Source: a virus
Virus record (IMG/VR): IMGVR_UViG_3300029309_000013
Location: 1 to 64,000 of that record
Strand: one strand, 5' to 3'
DNA: 64,000 bases
Position numbers and translations under genes: made by a program. Shown here in pieces: positions 14,009 to 21,936 of this stretch. Under the pieces are notes generated by a model. The model had not been told where the DNA came from. It saw only the letters and a program-made list of their open reading frames with translations, and searched no databases. Positions within the stretch are counted from its first letter, which is position 1; every line of letters begins with the position of its first letter.

Positions 14009-15577
14009 ATGCATTGCAAAATAGTTAACAATGCCGGGATTGACCTCGGTGACCTTGAGCAACATGTGCAAGATATGTACGCTCATTTTGATAATCGTGT
14101 AGGCTTCAAAAAGCCTCCTGTTATGGTCTTTGATTCAGACCCAGGCAATGAGACCAACACTCTTGGAAAGACAGCGTACTACGATCCTCAGACGTTTGAG
14201 GTACATGTTTATGTGGACGGTCGTCATCCAAAGGATATGTTGCGTTCAATCGCACATGAACTAATTCACCATCAACAGAATCTTGAAGGTAGACTTGATG
14301 TCGGTGGTTATCAAGGAGACGGCTACTATTTAAAGAACAAAGCTATGCGCTCGCTTGAGCAAGAAGCTATGCTTAATGGTAACAGATTCTTAAGAGAATA
14401 TGAAGATCAACTTAAATTAAATAAGGAGGGGCTTAACATGTCCACTAAAGATTGGAAAAATAAAGAACTTTTTGAAAACCTTGCTCAGCGCTGGGGATTT
14501 GGACATAGGGTCATCTCAGAAGCTCACTGTTTTGGTGAAGATGTACAAGAGGCACACTGTAACGAAAGTCAGCTTGAACAGGATCTGGCTGCTCTTGATC
14601 TTGAAGGGGGCAAAGATTACGCGGAAATGAGCAACCCCGAGTTAACTAAACACTTTAAAAGTAAAGTTCACTATAAAATTAAAGCCGGTGCTGCTGAGGT
14701 TATTGCAGGCAGGGATGATCATCCACTCCAAGGTGAAGCTATTGAGTACTTGAAAAAACAAGAAATAGAAGAAGAAAAGACCCCTAAGTATGACGATAAC
14801 CCAGGGCTTGAAGGGGGTCAGAAAACAAAGCTTCCGGACGCACTTCAAAAAGCTATTTTAAACAAAAAAGGTGCTCTTGAAGAAGAAGAAAGAATGCCTT
14901 CTGGTGCTGAGGCAGAAGCTGCTGCTAAGGTAGCAAAAATGAAAGGCGAAAAACCAAAAGGTAAAAAAGTTGAAGAAGCCACCGAGACCTATAGTGCAGA
15001 TCTCGATTTCATGAAGAAATACCTAAGATTGAAAGGTTATAAGAATTTGGAGAGTAGGAAAGAAGAAAAAATAAAACAACTATACACCCAATCTCTTTTC
15101 TCCAGGGGACTTACTAAACCAAGTCTTGATGACTTGGAAAAGATGGGCATAGAGCGAGTTGATGAAATTCTTGGAGTCGCAGCAATGGCTGGTGGAGCCG
15201 CTGCTCTTGTTGCTCTGGTTAGTAAAATTGTGGGAATGAATCAGGATCAAACTAAAAAATTTGAGGCTTTCTTGGAAGCCAATCCTACGGTTCAGAAAAA
15301 TCTTGATTACTATAAAGGTCAAATTGAAATTGCCGTGACCCGTAGAGAGAGGGCAGAAGCCCAAAAGGCTTTTGCTAAATACAGCCGAGCAATTACATTA
15401 TCAGATAAATTTCGAGACTTTGAACCCAAAAAAGTTGATGAGACCTCAGCCATGGCTGGTGCTGGTGGTGGTGTTCAGGGTTACGCAGGTGAACTCAAGG
15501 AGTCTCTTGAAAACCTAATCAACGAAGCGCTTACTAGCAATAAGAAAATTAGACAACTACTGAAAGGAAGAAAATAA
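14009..15577 (+). CDS. Zincin metallopeptidase domain plus modular tail; putative head-packaged protein
   Basis: AYYDP...RSIAHELIHH...EQEA; many [ILV]xE junctions. Confidence 0.7.
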   Translation: MHCKIVNNAGIDLGDLEQHVQDMYAHFDNRVGFKKPPVMVFDSDPGNETNTLGKTAYYDPQTFEVHVYVDGRHPKDMLRSIAHELIHHQQNLEGRLDVGGYQGDGYYLKNKAMRSLEQEAMLNGNRFLREYEDQLKLNKEGLNMSTKDWKNKELFENLAQRWGFGHRVISEAHCFGEDVQEAHCNESQLEQDLAALDLEGGKDYAEMSNPELTKHFKSKVHYKIKAGAAEVIAGRDDHPLQGEAIEYLKKQEIEEEKTPKYDDNPGLEGGQKTKLPDALQKAILNKKGALEEEERMPSGAEAEAAAKVAKMKGEKPKGKKVEEATETYSADLDFMKKYLRLKGYKNLESRKEEKIKQLYTQSLFSRGLTKPSLDDLEKMGIERVDEILGVAAMAGGAAALVALVSKIVGMNQDQTKKFEAFLEANPTVQKNLDYYKGQIEIAVTRRERAEAQKAFAKYSRAITLSDKFRDFEPKKVDETSAMAGAGGGVQGYAGELKESLENLINEALTSNKKIRQLLKGRK

Positions 15578-16419
15578 TGTCTATAATACAAATTACAGAT
15601 ATTGATAAATTTTATGATCTTACAAAGGGTAAAAGAATTATGAGAGAAGAAGTAATAGCCGAACAACTAATAAGAAAATTTATTAGAAAAAATTTACCTT
15701 CTGTTATGGAAAGAGTAAATAAGCAAAAGAACAAACAATTACAAGAAGAACAAGAACTAAGAGCAATTATTCGACAAATGTTGATTGAGCGTGATATTGC
15801 TGATAACTATCCTCATAGATCCACTGGTATTAATACCCTCGAAGATGTTCTCAAAAAAATGATTACTACCCTTCGTGGAGATTACAAAAGACTTACAACC
15901 GACAAGTCACAGCGGGAGTCTTATCGAGCGCACTTGCTCAATGCAATTACAATGTCTCTACAGCCTGCCGAAGCAAATGATATGTCCGACGGTGGAGACT
16001 CTGCTTTGTTATCTGCACCAACTGAGCCTAGTGAAGAAACTCCAACACCAAGAGAGCCCGCTTTCACAATGGATGACCTGGATGAAGATCTCGGAGTTGA
16101 TATTGTTGATGATAAAGAAAAAATGATTGATGTTGAAGGCGATGATAAGCCAGATGAATTTGAAGAATTTAGAGCAGAGACTGGTGATGAAAGTTTAGAC
16201 CGTACCGGTGCTCGTGCTGCTTTTGATACCCATAAGAAAGTTGGCCAATACATTCTTGATGGTTTTGAAAAACTTGATAACCCAACTGATGCTGAGGATT
16301 TCAAGGATTATTTGGTTACCAATGTTAAGCTTTACATGGATAAATTCGAAAGTGAATTGGCTCAAGATTTAGATGAACCAACAACTTTAGAATATGAAAA
16401 AATTACAGGACATAAATAA
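15577..16419 (+). CDS. Acidic hypothetical protein, putative head/core component
   Basis: EQxLRxxIR motifs; acidic linker. Confidence 0.55.
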   Translation: MSIIQITDIDKFYDLTKGKRIMREEVIAEQLIRKFIRKNLPSVMERVNKQKNKQLQEEQELRAIIRQMLIERDIADNYPHRSTGINTLEDVLKKMITTLRGDYKRLTTDKSQRESYRAHLLNAITMSLQPAEANDMSDGGDSALLSAPTEPSEETPTPREPAFTMDDLDEDLGVDIVDDKEKMIDVEGDDKPDEFEEFRAETGDESLDRTGARAAFDTHKKVGQYILDGFEKLDNPTDAEDFKDYLVTNVKLYMDKFESELAQDLDEPTTLEYEKITGHK

Positions 16420-16439
16420 TCTAACTAACTGGTGTTATC

Positions 16440-16772
16440 TTGTCAAGTAAACAATATAAAAATTATTCTTTAATAAACAAACTAAGAAAAGAGAGGCGTA
16501 TAAATGAAGACTTCATAAACGTTCTCTCTTCTTTAACTTTAGAAGAACTGATTGGTTTAAAGCTAGAACAAACATCAAGATTATTGGGTGGTAAATTATT
16601 TAATTTTCCAATTTGGAAAGCTATGCCTGAAATCTGTAGAGCTGCATTATTTAAATTTGCTTTATCTGTCTCAGAGACTAAAAAAGAAGCCTCTAGAGTA
16701 TTAGGAATTGATAGAGCAGAGTTTTATAAAATGATTAAGAAACATGGTACTGAAACTTACTTTGATAATTAA
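16440..16772 (+). CDS. Fis-like HTH DNA-binding protein
   Basis: C-terminal KKEASRVLGIDRAEFYKMIKKHG matches the Fis/NtrC HTH pattern. Confidence 0.7.
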   Translation: MSSKQYKNYSLINKLRKERRINEDFINVLSSLTLEELIGLKLEQTSRLLGGKLFNFPIWKAMPEICRAALFKFALSVSETKKEASRVLGIDRAEFYKMIKKHGTETYFDN

Positions 16773-16846
16773 GATTCTATAATCTATTTATTATAAATAA
16801 TATTATATTATTATTATATTATATATTATATAAGGGGTTCTTTACA

Positions 16847-17566
16847 ATGGATTTAGAAGAAAAGAAACGTAGAAAAAAAAGAAAAGTAAAAGCTAAAAAA
16901 ACAAAAAGAGATGCCTGCTACCATAAGGTCAAAAGACGTTATAAGGTCTGGCCTTCAGCATACGCTTCAGGTGCTCTTGTTAAATGCAGAAAAGTTGGCG
17001 CAGCTAATTGGGGCAATAAATCCAAAAAGAACGAGTCACTGACTGAGGAAAAAGAAATGACTGTATCAGCAGTCAAAGCAATCTTTAAGGAAAAAGGTGG
17101 TGCTCTTGCGATGCAAGATCTTAAGGATGCCTTCCCAGACGCTTCAGAAAAAGAGATTGAAGAAATGTTAGCCAGTATGAAAGATGTTGGTGAGCATAAA
17201 CATGGCGATCTTGTTCGTGCTGATGGTGATGAAATTGAGATAAACGAAGAGCAGCTAGCAGCTATTATCGCAGAAGAAATTGAGGCAGTCCTCAATGAAA
17301 AAAAAAAGAGAAAGTTAACTAAGAAGCCAAGTTCGGAGAAAAATTTACGTGATTGGTTTGGAAGAAAAGGCGCTAAAGGTTCTAAAGGCGGTTGGGTCGA
17401 CTGTAATGCACCAGATGGTAAAGGTGGTTATAAAGCGTGTGGAAGGTCTTCAGGTGAAAAGCGAAAGAAGTATCCAGCTTGTAGACCAACTCCATCTGCT
17501 TGTAAGTCTAAAGGTAAAGGTAAAAAATGGGGCAAGAAGGCCGGTAAAGGCAAAAAGGGTAAATAG
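16847..17566 (+). CDS. Basic Cys-containing modular phage protein
   Basis: DACYHKVK..WPSAYASGALVKCRK and LRDWF..GGWVDC..YPACRP modules typical of large marine myophages. Confidence 0.7.
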   Translation: MDLEEKKRRKKRKVKAKKTKRDACYHKVKRRYKVWPSAYASGALVKCRKVGAANWGNKSKKNESLTEEKEMTVSAVKAIFKEKGGALAMQDLKDAFPDASEKEIEEMLASMKDVGEHKHGDLVRADGDEIEINEEQLAAIIAEEIEAVLNEKKKRKLTKKPSSEKNLRDWFGRKGAKGSKGGWVDCNAPDGKGGYKACGRSSGEKRKKYPACRPTPSACKSKGKGKKWGKKAGKGKKGK

Positions 17567-17568
17567 AT

Positions 17569-17973
17569 ATGAATGAAATATTGATTTATGAAGGCGATGA
17601 TGTTATACTAGAATTGTTCGAAGGAGCAACACTTGAAGAAGGCGATTTAGTATGTGAAGCTTGTTTATTTGAGATGCTCCAAGAGGCCTCTTGTGGCTGC
17701 CCAAACTTAATGGGTGAAGCAGTCTATCAGGGAAAAACCGTGCAACTTAACAAACCAACTCGTGGTGATGTTAAGAAATTTAAAGTCTATGTTAACTCCG
17801 GTAAAAAAGACAAAGAGGGTAGAGTTATTGCTAAAAAAGTAAACTTTGGTGATAAAAACATGAAGATTAAAAAGTCAAACCCAAAGCGAAGAAAGTCATT
17901 TAGAGCAAGGCACAAGTGCCACACTGCTAAAGACAAAACAACACCTAGGTACTGGTCTTGTAAGAAATGGTAG
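17569..17973 (+). CDS. Basic conserved phage protein
   Basis: KKFKVYV..KVNFGD..RRKSFRARHKC..RYWSCKKW module. Confidence 0.7.
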   Translation: MNEILIYEGDDVILELFEGATLEEGDLVCEACLFEMLQEASCGCPNLMGEAVYQGKTVQLNKPTRGDVKKFKVYVNSGKKDKEGRVIAKKVNFGDKNMKIKKSNPKRRKSFRARHKCHTAKDKTTPRYWSCKKW

Positions 17974-17983
17974 AGGATTTATT

Positions 17984-18727
17984 GTGAAGTTGTTAATGGA
18001 AAATTGGAGAAGTTATTTAAACGAGGCTTACGCTGGAACTGGCTTTGGAGGTACTTTAAACCCCCCAAGGTTCATGCTAAATCCTGGTGAAGCCCAAAAA
18101 GTTGTTAAAGAAGGGATTCAGCTTGAGGGTTGGGATAGATACGGTCAATTAGTAGCAGAGGCTTATTTGGCGGCACCGAAGAGTAGTGCCGATGGGTTGA
18201 AATCCTTTGAAGCTCTAAAGAAACACATCTACGTTAACTTCAAGAGAATTGTCGGTGGTAATGTGGACGTTGTTTTTGTTGACCATGATCCATACGAGTC
18301 AGCCGAACAAATGCTTGATGATGTTAGGAAGACGGGTGTGATGAAAATTTCATCTTTGTTCAATCAACCTGAGTACTTTGGACCTGAGTTGAATCTCCAA
18401 TTCAGAGCAGTTCATGACTATTATGCTCATATGAAAGCATCGTCACAAGCAGCTGACGCCCTCACTGGTTTTACCTACGAAGGAGAGATTAGAGCTTTCA
18501 ATAACCACGCAGCACTACTTGGTAAGACAGCAAAAGCCCTCCCAGCAGTTTTTACAGAGGTTGTTGGACAAGCATCTGTGTATTTTTATACCGGCAATTT
18601 CCCTGACCAGAAATTAGTCACCCTTCCAGGGTTTGATCCTACTAAACTAGGTCAAGTTTCGGGGTATACGATAATTGATAAGAATTTAGTTAAGGCCGGT
18701 GAAACACCAGAAGAGGAAGAAGTATAA
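17984..18727 (+). CDS. Putative head-packaged protein with FRAVHDxxxH metal-binding domain
   Basis: N-terminal MKLLMENWRSYLNE; FRAVHDYYAH...GE..A...H...FTEVVGQ. Confidence 0.6.
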   Translation: MKLLMENWRSYLNEAYAGTGFGGTLNPPRFMLNPGEAQKVVKEGIQLEGWDRYGQLVAEAYLAAPKSSADGLKSFEALKKHIYVNFKRIVGGNVDVVFVDHDPYESAEQMLDDVRKTGVMKISSLFNQPEYFGPELNLQFRAVHDYYAHMKASSQAADALTGFTYEGEIRAFNNHAALLGKTAKALPAVFTEVVGQASVYFYTGNFPDQKLVTLPGFDPTKLGQVSGYTIIDKNLVKAGETPEEEEV

Positions 18728-18960
18728 TGCATATCGGTGATTTGGTTATATTGTCTAAAAGTATAAGTCAAAGATCGGGCATTAAATATATATTTGAATA
18801 TATTCTTCAAAATAATTTGATCGGTATTATAACAGATAAGAGACCTCTGTATTATTCTAAGTACGAGGGTCAAGTATATGAATTGACTATAAGATGGTCA
18901 GATGGGTCAATGAGTGATATGAGTGAAAAGTACCTGGAGAGATTGAATGGGTCACCATGA
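18727..18960 (+). CDS. Small SH3/KOW-like protein (MHIGDLV)
   Basis: Same pattern as the early paralogs. Confidence 0.65.
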   Translation: MHIGDLVILSKSISQRSGIKYIFEYILQNNLIGIITDKRPLYYSKYEGQVYELTIRWSDGSMSDMSEKYLERLNGSP

Positions 18961-19117
18961 GCAAAAGCTTTGGCTTATCTTAGATGAGGCAGAGAAAAAA
19001 TTATCAAGAGCAAAACACATGGTCAACAAGTACGATGAATACTATGTTGAAGTAATTAACGCACTTGAGAAAGTAAAGATAGCAAAGGAAAAGCTAGAGA
19101 AAGAACTTGACATATAA
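18947..19117 (+). CDS. Small coiled-coil protein (56 aa, MGHHEQKLW...), not in ORF track
   Basis: GGAG RBS; fills the gap between neighbours. Confidence 0.6.
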   Translation: MGHHEQKLWLILDEAEKKLSRAKHMVNKYDEYYVEVINALEKVKIAKEKLEKELDI

Positions 19118-19135
19118 ATTAAATCATGTTACATT
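19107..19135 (+). promoter_or_regulatory. sigma70-type promoter
   Basis: TTGACA-17bp-TGtTACATT. Confidence 0.75.
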
Positions 19136-19155
19136 TAATGTAAATGAGGCATAAC

Positions 19156-19959
19156 ATGAATTTAAACAAAAAAAGAATTTTTCTATTTGATATGGACGGT
19201 ACGTTGATAAAGGACGACCAGCCATTTCCATGGACACTAGAAAGTGCCCTAAAAGACCTGATGCAGTATGGTGAACTTGGTATTGTAAGCGGGACAGATC
19301 TGGACACAATTCAGAACAAACTGGATAAGTTTCTTAATTATTCCTCCACGCGCTATCATCTTCACGTTTTACCGTGCAATGGTACCAAATGGTTTGCACC
19401 ACCAGAGTTCAGCCAAAAGAGTCTGCACAGGAGATACAGTATTTCTATGGAGCAATTCATGGGAAAAAATGATTTCCAAAAACTTATGAAGATTTTAGTG
19501 GACCATCAATCAATCGCAACTGATGATGAAAACATTTCCTTAAAAGGGTCTTTTATTCTAAATCGAGGATCAATTGTTAATTGGTGCCCAATTGGACATT
19601 CAGCTTCCTCTGAGGATCGTAACATGTTTGAGGATTATGATAATAAAATTAAATTCAGAGAATCACTGCTGGCCAACTTAAGGAAATCAATTGCGCTAAC
19701 TCAGTTTTCAAAAAAATTAGATGTTAAGTTAGCGGGAAGAACATCGTTTGATATCTTCCCAACAAACTGGAATAAAACCTTTGCGATGTCTCATTTTCCT
19801 GATTTTGAGATTTGGTTTGTAGGAGACAGTTGTCGTGCAAATGGTAACGATAAGGAAATATATGAAGCATGTTCAGATAGGGCCTATGAAACAACAGGCC
19901 CTCACGCTACTGCTGATATAATTTATGATATTATAGATCGCATAGATCCAGAAGAATGA
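19156..19959 (+). CDS. Eukaryotic-type (HAD-IIB) phosphomannomutase-like protein
   Basis: FDMDGTL, RGSIVNWCPIG, TSFDIFPxxWNK, FVGD...GND. Confidence 0.8.
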   Translation: MNLNKKRIFLFDMDGTLIKDDQPFPWTLESALKDLMQYGELGIVSGTDLDTIQNKLDKFLNYSSTRYHLHVLPCNGTKWFAPPEFSQKSLHRRYSISMEQFMGKNDFQKLMKILVDHQSIATDDENISLKGSFILNRGSIVNWCPIGHSASSEDRNMFEDYDNKIKFRESLLANLRKSIALTQFSKKLDVKLAGRTSFDIFPTNWNKTFAMSHFPDFEIWFVGDSCRANGNDKEIYEACSDRAYETTGPHATADIIYDIIDRIDPEE

Positions 19960-19965
19960 GTATTA

Positions 19966-20039
19966 GCACCCGTAGCTCAACTGGATAGAGCATCTGCCTT
20001 CTAAGCAGAGGGTTACAGGTTCGAGTCCTGTCGGGTGTA
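19966..20039 (+). tRNA. tRNA-Arg(UCU)
   Basis: Acceptor GCACCCG/CGGGTGT, D-arm GCTC/GAGC, anticodon arm TCTGC-CT-TCT-AA-GCAGA, T-loop GTTCGAGTC; CCA not encoded. Confidence 0.95.
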
Positions 20040-20056
20040 CTTTTTTAGGAGTTAAA

Positions 20057-20479
20057 ATGTCGAATGATTTTATTTTAAAAGGTATAAAAGATATCCTAAA
20101 TCATGGTATAAATCTTGACCTGAATTCTATCGAAGAAGAGGAAGAGTACCTACAAGTCTTTATGGATTGGTATGTAACAAACACAAGTTATTATTGTTGT
20201 CAGATGGAAACAAACTCTTGTATGATAGAAACAAAACAAGGAGCACCCTTAGCGGAAATTTACATAGAAGACTCAATAATGAGAATTGCCCCACATGATG
20301 ATGATCTGTTTGGTATAATCACAGAAATACTCAGGTTTGTTGCAAAAGAACATCAAAAATTTATTGATAATTTTAGAGGCCTTGAGAAAAGATCTACAAT
20401 AACCTCACCCTCAGAAATTAACAAGAAGACACTAGATAGTGAAGAAGAAATATCTACCGAAGAGGATGAATGGTTATGA
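20057..20479 (+). CDS. Acidic hypothetical protein
   Basis: AGGAG RBS. Confidence 0.7.
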   Translation: MSNDFILKGIKDILNHGINLDLNSIEEEEEYLQVFMDWYVTNTSYYCCQMETNSCMIETKQGAPLAEIYIEDSIMRIAPHDDDLFGIITEILRFVAKEHQKFIDNFRGLEKRSTITSPSEINKKTLDSEEEISTEEDEWL

Positions 20480-20799
20480 AAATATTTTATTTAAAAAGAG
20501 AAGAAGATGAGAGCGGAATCTCTGGAACAGGAAGAGTCGCTCAGGGATTTGTTTTCGACAACGGTAAAGTGGCTGTTACTTGGCTATCTGAACACCCTTC
20601 CGTTACCGTATACGATAGTATTGGTGAAGTACATGCAATTCATGGTCATGGTGGAAAAACAGTTGTAGAAATGGAACCAGATTACAAAAAGGCTTTTGGT
20701 GAAGTTAAATCTTTTTTGGACAATTTTGATCTAAAAGAAATTGCTGGTGCTAAGTTAACCCCGGAAGGAGCGGCGTCAAAACTAATGAGTAGAAACTAG
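20476..20799 (+). CDS. Conserved hypothetical protein (DxSGxSGTGxVAxG...HGHGG)
   Basis: Recognisable conserved motif; ATGA overlap. Confidence 0.7.
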   Translation: MKIFYLKREEDESGISGTGRVAQGFVFDNGKVAVTWLSEHPSVTVYDSIGEVHAIHGHGGKTVVEMEPDYKKAFGEVKSFLDNFDLKEIAGAKLTPEGAASKLMSRN

Positions 20800-20820
20800 T
20801 TACATTGAGAGGTAAACATT

Positions 20821-21315
20821 TTGAGCCAGCTGACTCTAAAATTAGACGCCGCTTGGCAACCCATAGAAGTTATATCTTCTGACCGGGGCTTCACAATGGT
20901 TCATTCAGGAAGGGCAAAGGCTATTGAGTTATACAACGATGGTCCTTGCCCTTTTTATTTTTACCCCTCAGTTATAGTTTTAAACAAATATATCAGGACA
21001 AAAAGAATTATTATGAGTCCTACAAGAAAAAATATTTACTGGAGAGACAAATATATATGTCAATATTGTGGTGATAGGTTTCCTTATTCTGGCTTGACCC
21101 TAGATCACATAGTACCAAAAGCATCAGGTGGTCAAGGTGGTTGGCTTAACTTAGTAACAGCCTGTGTTAAGTGTAATCAGAAGAAGGGTTGTAAGTCTGT
21201 CTCTGAAGCTGATATGGAGCTGATAAAAGAACCTACCAAGCCTCACATTAATATTTTAAACTTTTACCACCTCAACAAAGTTCCAAAACAATGGGAAAAT
21301 TACATTTCATATTAA
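20821..21315 (+). CDS. HNH endonuclease (McrA-like)
   Basis: RD..CQYCG, TLDHIVPK..GG, WxNLVTACxxCNxxKG. Confidence 0.9.
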   Translation: MSQLTLKLDAAWQPIEVISSDRGFTMVHSGRAKAIELYNDGPCPFYFYPSVIVLNKYIRTKRIIMSPTRKNIYWRDKYICQYCGDRFPYSGLTLDHIVPKASGGQGGWLNLVTACVKCNQKKGCKSVSEADMELIKEPTKPHINILNFYHLNKVPKQWENYISY

Positions 21316-21324
21316 GGAGAAAAA

Positions 21325-21570
21325 ATGAAACTTGAAGATCCAATACTAGAACAACTGGTCCAGCGCGCCGAAGAGGATGAGACCGGACAACTAATGATGA
21401 TGATGCAAGAACTTATCCATGTATCATCAAAGGCAGCAGAGCTTGGTTTTGAACTACAAGAACTAGCCAGTGTATGCACAATGGGCCACTTTCTGGGTAA
21501 AAACCCTGAGTATATACAAGCCTTGGCTTATTTGATGGAGAGGGGCGTAGATACAGACACAGAGCATTAA
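21325..21570 (+). CDS. Hypothetical protein (81 aa)
   Basis: AAGGAG RBS. Confidence 0.7.
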   Translation: MKLEDPILEQLVQRAEEDETGQLMMMMQELIHVSSKAAELGFELQELASVCTMGHFLGKNPEYIQALAYLMERGVDTDTEH

Positions 21571-21579
21571 TCAGTATAT

Positions 21580-21605
21580 AAGGCAGGGGTAATTCCCTGC
21601 CTTTT
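21580..21605 (+). terminator. Intrinsic terminator
   Basis: AGGCAGGGG-taa-TTCCCTGCCT followed by TTT. Confidence 0.8.
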
Positions 21606-21648
21606 GTCTATTTAAATGTGTAGATAAAATATTCATTGAGGGCTAAAG

Positions 21649-21936
21649 ATGGAAATCACAAAAGACAAGCTATTGCAAATTATCAAAGAAGAGATTCAAA
21701 AAGTAACAGAACAAGAGGGTCTTGGGGGTGACCTAGAGGCTGAACCTTCAAATTCTCAAGAGATGGCTGAAAAATTTAAGAAACTTTCTCAAATATTCCC
21801 ACAACTAGTAGATATTGAAGATCGAGAACGTGATCTTCTTAATACAATTATTTTTGGATCAATTGATTTAGCTGCGAAAGGGGCGCAGTACAACAACCTA
21901 GCGGTTGTTAAAGCTGAGCTGGAGAAGTATTTATAA
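21649..21936 (+). CDS. Putative head-packaged small protein
   Basis: MEITKDKLLQIIKEEI..VTE N-terminal motif; late motif upstream. Confidence 0.6.
   Translation: MEITKDKLLQIIKEEIQKVTEQEGLGGDLEAEPSNSQEMAEKFKKLSQIFPQLVDIEDRERDLLNTIIFGSIDLAAKGAQYNNLAVVKAELEKYL

Noticed and set aside
9519-19959. Eukaryotic giant virus origin suggested by the kinase and PMM
   Set aside because: Sigma70 promoters, Shine-Dalgarno sites, coupled operons and gp25/gp6/gp55-like genes indicate a bacteriophage
20821-21315. Intron-encoded homing endonuclease
   Set aside because: Free-standing ORF; flanking genes are not interrupted and no group I intron features were seen
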